This document shows positions 21,091 to 30,939 of a DNA stretch of 64,000 bases, piece by piece (the first letter of the stretch is position 1; the number at the start of each line of letters is the position of its first letter). Source of the stretch: Chloroflexota bacterium (lineage in GTDB: Bacteria > Chloroflexota > Anaerolineae > UBA4142); assembly GCA_037440625.1 (NCBI GenBank), contig JBBITT010000010.1, positions 15,696-79,695 of the forward strand. The letters are read 5' to 3'. The notes beneath the pieces are model-generated. The model was not told the origin of the DNA. It was given only the letters and a program-made list of their open reading frames with translations, and ran no database searches. Both the position numbers and the translations under genes were made by a program.

Positions 21091-22170
21091 TTATTGACAC
21101 AGTTTGATGGCTTGATACAACGCGTTGCCGTTGATAGCGCGGAAGGGTACTACTTGTTGATTCGTGGGATCAACATAGTGCGGAATCGCCACGAGATCGC
21201 AACGGATGCCGATGCCCAGATTGATATTTTGCGATGTGATGATGGATGAGGTGCCGGTCGTCAGGTTGAACGGCGTCCGCAGTGTTTCGCCGTACGAGTG
21301 TTTGAAATCTTCGCATTGTTCCGGGCATTGGTACACTTTGACGATCACGGTATAGTTTTGCATGGCGCCGGTCGTGTTCAAAAAGGTTACTTTGAATCCC
21401 ATCGTATCACCAATGTTGGGCTTGGCGGGAATCGTTTCCAATTTGGTGGCGTAGACGCCGGGCGGCACGGCTGGGACGGTCGGCGAAGGTGGCACCGGTG
21501 TCCCAGGGACTTTGGTCGCTGTCGGTTGCACCGGCGCGCGTGTGCGCGTGGCGGTTGGAATTGTTAATGGAACGGTGGCGGTGATCACCGGCGTCGGCGA
21601 GGGAGGCAAGGGTGTGTTGGTTGGGCGCAACGTAGGCGATGCCACCGGGCTAGGGGCAACAACCACCAAGCGTGTTGGAGTCGCCGTGGGACTGGATGCA
21701 ATACCAAGAAAATTATTCACCACCCAGAATCCACCGAGCAAGAGCAGGAGAACGAGGATTGCCGCGCCAGCGATAATGCCGATCAACATCGGTCGTGACA
21801 AGCCTTCGCGCCCGGCGGGTTTGGATGAAAAGAGGCGCGCCGGGAGCGAGGGTCCACCTTTGGCTGGCTCTGGTTTGGGAGTCTCTTTTTTCTCTTCGGT
21901 GCGTTTGGGTGCCGGTGCAACCGGTTTTTCAACCAAGGGTGCTGGCGGCGGAGTTGAGACGGCCGGCACAGGTGGCTTGGCTTTGTTCCACTTTTGACCA
22001 TCGTGCACGTACCATTCGCCGGTTTGCACACCAATCTGCCACCAACGACCTTGTTCATCTTGCAGGCGGAGTTTACCCACTTCGGCTTCAAACGCCGCGT
22101 CGCTCAGTTTACCCGCTTCGTGCTGGGCTTTGAGTTCTTTGTACGCTTTTTCTGCATCTTGGAAATTCAT
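21091..22170 (-). CDS. Single-pass membrane protein: Trp-rich N-domain, TM, Pro/Thr linker, Cys-containing beta domain
   Basis: AAGGGAGG RBS before MNFQDA; domain layout read from composition. Confidence 0.8.
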   Translation of the reverse strand: MNFQDAEKAYKELKAQHEAGKLSDAAFEAEVGKLRLQDEQGRWWQIGVQTGEWYVHDGQKWNKAKPPVPAVSTPPPAPLVEKPVAPAPKRTEEKKETPKPEPAKGGPSLPARLFSSKPAGREGLSRPMLIGIIAGAAILVLLLLLGGFWVVNNFLGIASSPTATPTRLVVVAPSPVASPTLRPTNTPLPPSPTPVITATVPLTIPTATRTRAPVQPTATKVPGTPVPPSPTVPAVPPGVYATKLETIPAKPNIGDTMGFKVTFLNTTGAMQNYTVIVKVYQCPEQCEDFKHSYGETLRTPFNLTTGTSSIITSQNINLGIGIRCDLVAIPHYVDPTNQQVVPFRAINGNALYQAIKLCQ

Positions 22171-22186
22171 TGTCAATGACCTCCCT

Positions 22187-22555
22187 TTATTCCGCGACCA
22201 CCATGGCAATCGCATGCTCGCGGGTGTGTGATAGACTGATGGCAAACTGACTCACGCCGATTTCGGCGGCGCGCTGGGCGGCACGTCCGCTCAACTGCAC
22301 GCTCGGTTTGCCGCGTTCATCGGCGATGACTTGGATCTCGCGCCAGCCGACGCCTTCGCGATGCTGAATCCCTACGCCAAGTGTTTTGCTCACCGCTTCT
22401 TTTGCCGCAAAGCGCGCGGCGAGTTGATGGAATTGACCGCGACAGTACGCCAGTTCGGTTTCTGTGAACACGCGCCTCAGAAAACGATCGCCGTACCGCG
22501 CAATGATGGCTTGAATGCGTTCCACTTCGATCAGGTCAACGCCCACGTGCAACAT
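22187..22555 (-). CDS. acpS: Holo-ACP synthase
   Basis: GVDLIE, RFAAKEAVSK and SLSH motifs. Confidence 0.93.
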   Translation of the reverse strand: MLHVGVDLIEVERIQAIIARYGDRFLRRVFTETELAYCRGQFHQLAARFAAKEAVSKTLGVGIQHREGVGWREIQVIADERGKPSVQLSGRAAQRAAEIGVSQFAISLSHTREHAIAMVVAE

Positions 22556-22557
22556 TG

Positions 22558-23856
22558 TTAGCCGCGCCCAATGCCGCGATAGGTAAAGCCCAACGCGCGC
22601 ATCCGATTGGGTTCGTAAATGTTGCGTCCATCAATCAAAACTTTTTGCTTCATCAATTGAGCCACGCGTCCCAGGTCCACTTGTTTGAACTCGTTCCATT
22701 CCGTAATCAGCACAAGGGCGTCGGCGTTTTCTGCCGTGGCATACGCATTCTCGCAAAACGTAACGTGATTGAGCACGCGCCGCGCCGGCTCGATGGCGAC
22801 CGGATCGTACGCGCGAATCTTGGCACCTTCGGTTTGCAAGAGATGAATAATGTCGAGCGCAGGGGCTTCGCGCACATCATCGGTGTTGGGTTTGAACGCC
22901 AAGCCCCAAATGGCGATGGTCTTGCCGCGCACGCCGCCTAACAATTCGCGCAGTTTGGTCAGCACTTGGCGACGCATATCCCGGTTGATTTCCATCACCG
23001 AACGCAAGAGTTGTGGATGACAACCATTGATCTCTGCCATCCACGTGAGCGCTTTGACATCTTTGGGAAAACAACTGCCGCCGTATCCCAGCCCGGCATT
23101 GAGAAACGCACGGCCAATGCGGCGATCCATCCCCATCCCGGCTGCCACCTCTTTGACATCCGCGCCCACCTTTTCGCAGATCGTTGCGATTTCGTTGATG
23201 AACGAAATGCGCGTTGCCAGAAAGGCGTTGGAGGCGTACTTGATCATTTCGGCGGTGCGCAGATCGGTGGTCATGATGGTGCAACGCAAAGGCAGATAGA
23301 GTTGTGCCACTTTGTTCACGGCTTCGGGATTGGTGCCGCCGAGCACCACACGATCGGGTTGCATGAAATCGTATACCGCGGTACCTTCGGCGAGGAATTC
23401 CGGATTGGACACAATATCGAAATCAATGCCGGGTTTTTTGCCGTTCGCTTCCAGAATTTCGGCGACGGCATCGCCAGTGCCGACCGGCACCGTGCTCTTG
23501 TTGACGATGATGGCGTAATGATTGAGCACTTGGGCGATGCTCTCGGCAGCGGAACGCACGTATTGCAAATCGGCTTCGCCATCGGGGCTGGGCGGCGTGT
23601 TCACCGCGATGAAAATGAAATCAGCATTCGTGATCGCATCTGGATAACTGGTGGTGAAGGTGAGGCGTTGGGCGGCGACATTGCGCGCGACAAGTTCTTT
23701 CAACCCAGGTTCGTAGATGGGCATCTCACCACGCTGGAGTTGAGCGATTTTATTTTCATCAATATCGAGGCAGGTGACTTGATTGCCTAGATCGGCAAAG
23801 CAAGTCCCTGTGACAAGTCCCACGTAACCAGTGCCGATGAGACAGATTCTATGCAT
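22558..23856 (-). CDS. ugd: UDP-glucose/GDP-mannose 6-dehydrogenase
   Basis: [29 protein letters not shown] and FKPNTDD; start MHRICL. Confidence 0.92.
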   Translation of the reverse strand: MHRICLIGTGYVGLVTGTCFADLGNQVTCLDIDENKIAQLQRGEMPIYEPGLKELVARNVAAQRLTFTTSYPDAITNADFIFIAVNTPPSPDGEADLQYVRSAAESIAQVLNHYAIIVNKSTVPVGTGDAVAEILEANGKKPGIDFDIVSNPEFLAEGTAVYDFMQPDRVVLGGTNPEAVNKVAQLYLPLRCTIMTTDLRTAEMIKYASNAFLATRISFINEIATICEKVGADVKEVAAGMGMDRRIGRAFLNAGLGYGGSCFPKDVKALTWMAEINGCHPQLLRSVMEINRDMRRQVLTKLRELLGGVRGKTIAIWGLAFKPNTDDVREAPALDIIHLLQTEGAKIRAYDPVAIEPARRVLNHVTFCENAYATAENADALVLITEWNEFKQVDLGRVAQLMKQKVLIDGRNIYEPNRMRALGFTYRGIGRG

Positions 23857-24037
23857 GCGCGATTCACCCAAATGGATTTGAGGCAATGATACCACAAGAA
23901 TTTGAAAAGTCAAACAAGCCGGCACCAAGTTGCTAGCTGAATAAGGGATGCACCGAAAACATTGGTGATTACCCAAAACTCATCGCCGAGGCGCAGAGTG
24001 CGCGTAGTTTTTTCTCTGCGGTTGCCGGTAGCACTCC

Positions 24038-24081
24038 ATAAACCAAAAGACCTTCGATCCTTCGAAGGTCTTTTGGTTTAT
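24038..24081 (-). terminator. 20-bp perfect hairpin ending the mevalonate operon
   Basis: ATAAACCAAAAGACCTTCGA-tcct-TCGAAGGTCTTTTGGTTTAT, overlapping the DUF35 stop codon. Confidence 0.8.
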
Positions 24082-24479
24082 CTTTCATCTGTCACCGGTC
24101 TAAACTTGTAGCCGTACACCACCATCCCCTCTTCCCCATACTCGCGCAGTTTGCGCGTCACCATCTCGACACGCTGACCGATTTTCACATCGTCAGGGTT
24201 GACATCGGTGAGCTGTGCTTCGACCAGCGGTCCTTCGTCCAGTTTGATGATGCCGACGATGTAGGGAATGTTTCCTTCGTGTCCCAACGGGGCTTGGCGC
24301 ACGGTGGTGAACGAATAAATCTCGCCGTGCCCATCAAATTCGTGCGGCGTCAGTTCGGTGGATTTGCAATCGGTGCAGACTTGGCGCGGCGGAAAGTATT
24401 TTGCGCCGCAATGGTTGCAAACGGTGCCCTCCAACCGATAACGTTGATCTCTGAGTCGCCAATTGAGTGCTAAATTCAT
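24078..24479 (-). CDS. DUF35 Zn-ribbon/OB-fold protein (thiolase-HMGS scaffold)
   Basis: CNHC..FPPR..CTDC plus OB-fold (GEIYSFT, PY..GII.LDEG, YGYKF). Confidence 0.9.
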   Translation of the reverse strand: MNLALNWRLRDQRYRLEGTVCNHCGAKYFPPRQVCTDCKSTELTPHEFDGHGEIYSFTTVRQAPLGHEGNIPYIVGIIKLDEGPLVEAQLTDVNPDDVKIGQRVEMVTRKLREYGEEGMVVYGYKFRPVTDER

Positions 24480-24564
24480 AAGAACCCCGTAATGAGCCAA
24501 TTAAACAATGTGCCAATGAGCCAACTCTAGTTTTCAATTGGCTCATTGGTTATTGGACAATTGG

Positions 24565-25716
24565 TTAATTGGTAAAAATGTGTGTCACCGCATTCGCCGC
24601 AACGCCGCCGAGCGATTGCGTCATCGCCACGCGCGCATCCATCACTTGATTCTTCCCGGCTTCACCGCGCAATTGCGTGACGGCTTCGACGGCTTGATAA
24701 ACGCCGGTCGCGCCAACCGGATGCCCGCGTGCTTTGAGTCCGCCCATCGTGCTCAGCGGCAGTTTGCCTTTGGGCGAAATGTCGTTGTCGCGCGCAAAGT
24801 ACACGCCGCGTCCGCGCCCGGCAAACCCGGCGGCTTCGAGCGACATTGCACTCATAATCGAAAACGCATCGTGCACTTCGAACAAATCAATGTCGCGCGG
24901 CGTCACCCCGGCTTGCGCGTACGCTTTCTTCGCCGAGAGTTCGACCGCCGTGAGCCAGAGCGGATCGCGGCGCGCGTGAAGCGATAAGGAATCCGTGGCA
25001 ACCGCGCTCGCCGCGATTTTGATCGCACGATCGCGATTACCATTCAGCCGCTCGGTTGGCATCAGGATCAACGCCGCCGCGCCATCGCCTACGGGCGCCG
25101 AGTCCATCACGCTAATCGGTTCGGCAACCGGGCGCGCGCGTTTGTAATGATCGAGCGTGATCGGCGATTGGAACATGGCGTACGGATTGTTCGCCGCGTT
25201 GGCGTGTGCGTTGATCGAAAACATGGCAAAGTCTTCCGGCACCAAATCGAATTCGTGCATATAGCGACGCATCAACAGCGCGTTGAGCGCGACGAACGAA
25301 ATGCCATGAATGCCTTCGTAATCGGCGTCCGCCGCCATCGCCAACGAGGCGGTGGTGTAACAGTTCGATGATTCGGTTAATTTTTCCGCGCCGGCAACGA
25401 TGACGACATCGTACGCGCCGGACGCCACAGCGAGATACCCGGCGCGAATCGCCGAGCCGCCACTGCCGCACGCCGATTCAACTTTCATCGCTTCGATGCC
25501 GCGCAAGCCGGCTTCATCCGCGATCAATGCCCCCAGATTTTCTTGCGCGGTCAATTCGCCGCTCAACATATTGCCGATGTAGAGCGCGTCCGCGTGATCC
25601 ACCCGCCCATCTTTCATCGCGTTCAGAATCGCTTCCACTGCCAACTCGCGCAACGACTTGTCCCAATGTTCCTTGACCTTTGTTTGTCCGATTCCAACGA
25701 CGCTAACGTCCCGCAT
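24565..25716 (-). CDS. Archaeal-type (SCP-x-like) acetoacetyl-CoA thiolase
   Basis: ESACGSG, DGAAA, EVHDAF and GHPVGATG. Confidence 0.9.
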   Translation of the reverse strand: MRDVSVVGIGQTKVKEHWDKSLRELAVEAILNAMKDGRVDHADALYIGNMLSGELTAQENLGALIADEAGLRGIEAMKVESACGSGGSAIRAGYLAVASGAYDVVIVAGAEKLTESSNCYTTASLAMAADADYEGIHGISFVALNALLMRRYMHEFDLVPEDFAMFSINAHANAANNPYAMFQSPITLDHYKRARPVAEPISVMDSAPVGDGAAALILMPTERLNGNRDRAIKIAASAVATDSLSLHARRDPLWLTAVELSAKKAYAQAGVTPRDIDLFEVHDAFSIMSAMSLEAAGFAGRGRGVYFARDNDISPKGKLPLSTMGGLKARGHPVGATGVYQAVEAVTQLRGEAGKNQVMDARVAMTQSLGGVAANAVTHIFTN

Positions 25717-25738
25717 GATGCCTCCAAAATAATTCCTG

Positions 25739-25765
25739 GTAGGGGCGGGGTTACCCCGCCCCTAC
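25739..25765. repeat. GTAG-type REP-like palindrome
   Basis: GTAGGGGCGGGG-tta-CCCCGCCCCTAC, a perfect 12-bp stem. Confidence 0.7.
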
Positions 25766-25771
25766 AAAACA

Positions 25772-26827
25772 TCAATTCATTACAAGTTTCCCGCGATACC
25801 TCGCATAAAGCGCATAATCAATTTCCTCGCGGCGTTGCACGTACCCCATGGTCTTGGTTGCCTTGTTGCGGCGTTCCAAAATTTTTTCGGTGACGATGAA
25901 CGAAAACGCATCGCTGCCAGCGCCGCTGCCGAACGAACATATCAAGATGCGGTCGCCCGGTTTTGCAATGTCCAGCACCGCCGTCGTGCCGATCATCGCC
26001 GCGCCCGAGTACGTGTTGCCGATTTTGTTCGTGAGCATCCCCACAGCGATTTGTTCTTTGGTGAATCCTAATTTCTTGGCAACCGTTTGCGGAAATTTCA
26101 CATTCGGTTGATGAAAGATCGCGTACGCAAAATCACTCGGCTGCAATCCCATTCCATCAAGCAGACCTCGCGCACCGTGTAGCACGTGATCGAAATACGC
26201 CGGCTCGCCGGTGAAACGATTGCCATGTTCCGGATAATGCATATGTTGTTTGCGGAAAAAGTCGGGCGTGTCGGTTACGTACGAGTACGACGCTTCCAAA
26301 ATCGCCAAAGAATTTTCCGCGGGACCCACAATGTACGCCGCGCCGCCCGCACCGGCCGTGTATTCCAACGCATCGCCGGGGCGACCTTGCGCCGTGTCCA
26401 TGCCAATCGCCATCGCGTACTCCGCCATCTCGGAACCCACGAGCGCAATCGCGGCTTGCAATGCTTCCGTCCCGGCTTTGCACGCAAACTCCCAATCGCC
26501 GGCAAGAATCGAACCGGCTGCGCCAATCGCTTCCGCGACAATCGTGGAGGATGGTTTGACCGCGTACGGATGCGATTCACTGCCGACCCACACCGCGCGC
26601 AATTGTTTGGCATCAATGCCGGCGCGTGCCAACGCGTTCCGCGCCGCTTCGATGCTCATCGTGACCGTGTCTTCGTCCAAACCGGGGACGGCTTTTTCTT
26701 CGATGGGCAAACCATCTTCCGCGCCACCCCACACCCGCGCGATTTCTTCGGCGCGAATGCGAAAGCGCGGCACGTACGCTCCGTAACCGATAATTCCAAC
26801 TGGTCGTTTAGGTTTCATCACTGACAT
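25772..26827 (-). CDS. mvaS: Archaeal-type HMG-CoA synthase
   Basis: [39 protein letters not shown] and SFGSGAGSD. Confidence 0.9.
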   Translation of the reverse strand: MSVMKPKRPVGIIGYGAYVPRFRIRAEEIARVWGGAEDGLPIEEKAVPGLDEDTVTMSIEAARNALARAGIDAKQLRAVWVGSESHPYAVKPSSTIVAEAIGAAGSILAGDWEFACKAGTEALQAAIALVGSEMAEYAMAIGMDTAQGRPGDALEYTAGAGGAAYIVGPAENSLAILEASYSYVTDTPDFFRKQHMHYPEHGNRFTGEPAYFDHVLHGARGLLDGMGLQPSDFAYAIFHQPNVKFPQTVAKKLGFTKEQIAVGMLTNKIGNTYSGAAMIGTTAVLDIAKPGDRILICSFGSGAGSDAFSFIVTEKILERRNKATKTMGYVQRREEIDYALYARYRGKLVMN

Positions 26828-26878
26828 GATTGTAACTCTCCCAATGCGTGACCGATGACGACCGATCCTCGACTACGA

Positions 26879-26993
26879 TTTGTCATACGAGGAGCGTTGT
26901 TTGCAAAGTCATCTTTCAAATTGCTCGCTTGGTCAGACCAAGCATTCAAAAGGATGATTGTCTTGATTGCTTCGCTTCACTCGCAATGACAAA
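26879..26993. repeat. Degenerate TGTCATTGCGAG-type palindromic element (REP/MITE-like)
   Basis: TTTGTCATACGAGGAGCG ... GATTGCTTCGCTTCACTCGCAATGACAAA terminal inverted repeats. Confidence 0.6.
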
Positions 26994-27022
26994 CTATAAA
27001 ATCGTGGTCTGCCGTCCTCCGT

Positions 27023-27451
27023 CTAATTAAAGATACCTGTTTCTCGTTTCGCGTGCGCCGCCCACTGCACTGCCACGCCCGCATATGCTCCAATGAACGC
27101 CGGCACCAGCGCGATGCACGATGCCAGAATGTCCGGGCGATACGTCAGTTGCAATCCGATGGCGAGCGCGGTGAATTCGGCAAGCGGAACCCAGATGCCC
27201 AGGAGCAATGCCCACACCCACGCATGCTGTGGTTTGGCGTAGCCGGCAAAAAAGCCAAATGCCAAGAGCAAAAGCATGGGCAATTGTGGCTCAGTGCTGT
27301 ACAGTTGCATCCAGCCGATCAGCACACCCAGAAAGCCGATGAGCAAAGGCAACCACGCATCCGGTTTGCGCCACAGGATGATCGCCGCGACCGGCAGGAA
27401 TAACACGAGCGCATTGAAAACGATAATCGTAAACAAAATTTGAGCAGGCAT
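27023..27451 (-). CDS. Small membrane protein (about 5 TMs) inside the mevalonate cluster
   Basis: Hydrophobic 142-aa ORF with a GGAG RBS. Confidence 0.75.
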   Translation of the reverse strand: MPAQILFTIIVFNALVLFLPVAAIILWRKPDAWLPLLIGFLGVLIGWMQLYSTEPQLPMLLLLAFGFFAGYAKPQHAWVWALLLGIWVPLAEFTALAIGLQLTYRPDILASCIALVPAFIGAYAGVAVQWAAHAKRETGIFN

Positions 27452-27495
27452 AGAACTCCGTTCTAAAACGTAAAACGTAAACCACGCATTACTTT

Positions 27496-28752
27496 TTACG
27501 TTTTATTCCCCAACAACTCTTTCGCGCGAATAATACTCACATTCTTTTCATCCGCCATCTGATCCGCGATTCGATCAATCTGATCGCCGGTGGCGCCGGC
27601 GGCAATGGCGATTTGGCGCGCATGCAACGCCATATGCCCGCGATTGATGCCCTCCGCGGCAAGCGCGCGCAACGCGCCGAGATTTTGCGCGAGTCCAACA
27701 CATGCCAGCACGCTCGCAAATTCCGGCGCGGTCTTGACGCCCAAAATTTTCAACGCGATTTTGGCGAGTGGATGCGCGTTCACCGTCCCGCCTAAAATTC
27801 CACTGACGATTGGCAATTCAATCGAGCCGACCAGATCGCCGTTGGCATCGCGATCCCAGGTGGTCAACGCACGATACTGACCACGGCGCGCGGCGTACGC
27901 ATGCGCGCCTGCTTCGACGGCGCGCCAATCGTTGCCGGTGGCGACGACGACGGAATCAATCCCGTTCATAATTCCTTTGTTGTGTGTCGTTGCGCGATAT
28001 GGATCAACCTCTGCCATCGTTTGCGCTTCCACGATATTGCGTACCACATCCGCGCCGATGTCTTCTTTCTTCACACGGCACGCCGCGCGCGCCAATCGTT
28101 TATCGGCAAGATTCGAGAGAATACGAAGAACGACGCGCCCGCCGGTCAGTCGTTCCAAAAATGGCGCAATCGTCTCGCACGAGGTATTGACCGAGTTTGC
28201 ACCCATCGCATCGCGGACATCCACGATGAGATGCAACACGATCATCGGACCGACGCGTGTTTGCGGAAATGCGCGAATCTCGAAATCGCGGACGCCGCCG
28301 CCAAACGGAACGAGGGTTGAGTTTTTGTTGGCGAGTTCGATAATCTCATCGTGCGCGGCGGCGATTTTTTGGCGCGCCGCGTCAACATCGTTGATGCCGA
28401 CGATTTGCACTTGACCAATCATCAACGGCGCGTCCGCGCTCGCGGAAAATCCGCCGGCATTGCGGACGAGTTTCGCTGCGTGGCTCGCGGCAGCTACAAC
28501 GGACGGCTCTTCAATCGCCATCGGAATCAAATAATCGCGCCCATTGATTTGAAAATTGGCGGCGATGCCAAGTGGCAAGCCGTGAATCCCGACAACATTT
28601 TCGATCAAGCGGTTGGCGAGATCGGTTGCGAGACCGCCGTTGGTTAGGGCGGCGATTTCGCTATCGGTGAGATTGCATCGTTGCCTTATGTCGTGTTGGC
28701 GTTCAGCGACGCTCAGTTTGTAAAACCCTTCGAGGCGAGAGGAGACGGCCAA
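27496..28752 (-). CDS. mvaA: Class II HMG-CoA reductase
   Basis: ENVVG, EEPSVVAA, DAMGAN, HNKGIMNG, GNDWRAVEAG and GHMALH; TTG start after GGAG. Confidence 0.93.
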   Translation of the reverse strand: MAVSSRLEGFYKLSVAERQHDIRQRCNLTDSEIAALTNGGLATDLANRLIENVVGIHGLPLGIAANFQINGRDYLIPMAIEEPSVVAAASHAAKLVRNAGGFSASADAPLMIGQVQIVGINDVDAARQKIAAAHDEIIELANKNSTLVPFGGGVRDFEIRAFPQTRVGPMIVLHLIVDVRDAMGANSVNTSCETIAPFLERLTGGRVVLRILSNLADKRLARAACRVKKEDIGADVVRNIVEAQTMAEVDPYRATTHNKGIMNGIDSVVVATGNDWRAVEAGAHAYAARRGQYRALTTWDRDANGDLVGSIELPIVSGILGGTVNAHPLAKIALKILGVKTAPEFASVLACVGLAQNLGALRALAAEGINRGHMALHARQIAIAAGATGDQIDRIADQMADEKNVSIIRAKELLGNKT

Positions 28753-28783
28753 TGTCAATACTCCACGTATAATTTTCTTGTCC

Positions 28784-28837
28784 ATTATACCCGAATTGAA
28801 CTATCAAAAACTATCAAAGGGATGTGATTTGCTATCA
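28784..28837 (-). promoter_or_regulatory. HMGR promoter: -10 with phased direct repeats instead of a clear -35
   Basis: TATAAT (28784-28789, minus strand); AACTATCAAA twice (28799-28818) and a third CTATCA (28832-28837). Confidence 0.5.
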
Positions 28838-28857
28838 TCTTGTCCGAAAGATTGACA

Positions 28858-28890
28858 GAAAATAAGCGACGCCCAGGTGAGGTGCGTCGC
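28858..28890 (-). terminator. Terminator after the GT-C gene
   Basis: GCGACGC/GCGTCGC stem followed by TTATTTTC on the minus strand. Confidence 0.6.
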
Positions 28891-28969
28891 AAGAGATAAG
28901 AAATTCTAATGAGAGAACATGGCACTTGTTTCTGCGAAATCTGGTTATTTTCAAGCACTAATTACCCGG

Positions 28970-30934
28970 CTACCACTCTAACCAGACATAATCTGTGCCG
29001 GTATTCCACATTAAACGTTGTAAATCATCGCGCGTGTATGCGCCTACTTCCAACCGATATTCGTCGGCGGGCAAATTGTCTGGCAAGGGGATGGTGTGCA
29101 GTTGCACAACAAGATCACCGGGTTCCAGATCATCGTTGATGGCGCCCCACCCATCAAACTGCGAAACGATTTGTTGGGAATTCACCAGATGGACAAAGAC
29201 GGCAAGATTAGGCGGACGCGTGAGAATTTGCCAGTAGGTCAACACAGCGAGTTCATCGCCGGCGTGCGCCTCTGGATTCAAAATTTCGATTCCTTCAAAC
29301 TCCATCACGCCACTTATTTCAAGCGGCAGTGTCACTGTTGAACTAGTTTGCGGATTGACCACGACATTGTTTTTTGCGCGAGCCAAATGCTCGTCCAAAC
29401 GCGCACGCGGTACAAAATAAACATGCAACAAACGGCGTCCTTCCGGTTCGATGCGCGGATCAATGTAAATCGGTGATTCCAAATCCAGAAAAGTGAGCAA
29501 GAGTGGCAATGCTGGTGAGCCAAGAATCTGAAAAGCAAAACGATTTCCGCGCGCATCGTTGGGAAACACAAAGGCATTCCAGATGGAAAACCGAACGGCA
29601 ACATCGGAACGCTGAATGACGCGCTGAATGTTGTGCTTGCGCCAATTGGTGTACACATCCATCACATAGTTGAGCGGCGTTGAATCCGGTGATTGGTTGA
29701 TGTACTTGCCTGCGCTATCGTAGAATGCCAGCGTCATCCAATAGATGCCGGGATTATCAATCCAATTTTGGAACATATCCGTTGCCGTGCGTCCCAGAAT
29801 TGAGATGCCAAGCAAGGCGACGAGTGCCGCGTACGTTACGCGTTGCCAATTGAGCGTGAACCATCGTTCGATGCTTGTCCAGCCGGTTTCAATCGGCAAG
29901 GTGGGAATGACCATCAAGCCGGGCAAAATTCCAATCGAGCGAGTGAAACGAGGTGGGTCTTGGGTGATGAGGTTAGGGGTTAAAAAGACTGCGACGATGA
30001 TGAGCTGTAAAACAAATTCCGGTTTGCGCCAGCGCCACGCACATAACACAATACCCACATAAAACAGGATACCTTCAATGCCGGGGAATACCGGGCGCCC
30101 GGGAATATTCCGCACCCAATTCAGATCGCCGCTAAAGGTGAACATGCCCAGTGTGGCGGTTACATCGCGAACAAGCCCATCCCAATTTCCTTGCATCAAC
30201 CAGCTTTGGGCGGCAAGGTCGCGCGTATGAAAATCGAGTTCGGGATGCAATTGCAAAAAAACCAAGAGCGGAATGGTCAGCGCGAGGTCAATGGCTAGAT
30301 AGATGACCAACAGTCGCCAACGGTTATGGAATCGCTCACGCTGAAAGATTGCGAGATAAATCAGAAACAAGATCACAGCAATCGGAAAACCGCGCCCGGA
30401 TAAAAAAGTGTACGAGGTTAACCCTGCAAAGATGCCGCCAAGGATTGCCGCCTGCCATGCGCGTTTGCTTGATGCGTCGCGGAACGCGATGACGAGTCCA
30501 ATCAATGCGGGTGTCATTATCACCGGTTGCGAAATCTCGCGCAGACCCAGGCGACCAAAGATGATGGGATACCACAAGATCGCGGCGAGACCTGCCGCCA
30601 TCACGCCTACACGGCGAGAACGAAAGAGAGTGCGTGCGTAGGTGTACATCAACGCGACAAAGAGGATGCTCCACGCCATCGAAGGAAACCGATTGGCAAT
30701 CACGCTATTACCCAGGATCGCAAAGAACGGTGCCATCGTTAATTGCAAGAGCGGCTCGTTGCCTTCGTTTTGGGGATAAAACAAGGCGAACTTGCCCTGG
30801 AGAATTTCCAATGCAATATCGCCTTCATCAACCTCGTCGCCGTGGAGGGGAAAATCGAGCAAACGATAGGTGCGGAGCAGGAATGCTGTCCAGAGGATAA
30901 GAATCAGTAATCCCCACGCAAAAGATTTGTTCAT
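28970..30934 (-). CDS. GT-C fold (ArnT/PMT-like) membrane glycosyltransferase with extracellular C-terminal domain
   Basis: LR.Y.L..P...DE motif after TM1, about 11 TMs, and FVHLV...Q.DG...PGD.V...H...Y.LEVG.Y; start MNKSFA. Confidence 0.8.
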   Translation of the reverse strand: MNKSFAWGLLILILWTAFLLRTYRLLDFPLHGDEVDEGDIALEILQGKFALFYPQNEGNEPLLQLTMAPFFAILGNSVIANRFPSMAWSILFVALMYTYARTLFRSRRVGVMAAGLAAILWYPIIFGRLGLREISQPVIMTPALIGLVIAFRDASSKRAWQAAILGGIFAGLTSYTFLSGRGFPIAVILFLIYLAIFQRERFHNRWRLLVIYLAIDLALTIPLLVFLQLHPELDFHTRDLAAQSWLMQGNWDGLVRDVTATLGMFTFSGDLNWVRNIPGRPVFPGIEGILFYVGIVLCAWRWRKPEFVLQLIIVAVFLTPNLITQDPPRFTRSIGILPGLMVIPTLPIETGWTSIERWFTLNWQRVTYAALVALLGISILGRTATDMFQNWIDNPGIYWMTLAFYDSAGKYINQSPDSTPLNYVMDVYTNWRKHNIQRVIQRSDVAVRFSIWNAFVFPNDARGNRFAFQILGSPALPLLLTFLDLESPIYIDPRIEPEGRRLLHVYFVPRARLDEHLARAKNNVVVNPQTSSTVTLPLEISGVMEFEGIEILNPEAHAGDELAVLTYWQILTRPPNLAVFVHLVNSQQIVSQFDGWGAINDDLEPGDLVVQLHTIPLPDNLPADEYRLEVGAYTRDDLQRLMWNTGTDYVWLEW

Positions 30935-30939
30935 AAACC

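Noticed and set aside
28955-28972. TAG read-through (pyrrolysine) at the GT-C end
   Set aside because: Another TAG follows after three codons, and no pyl genes are in the window.
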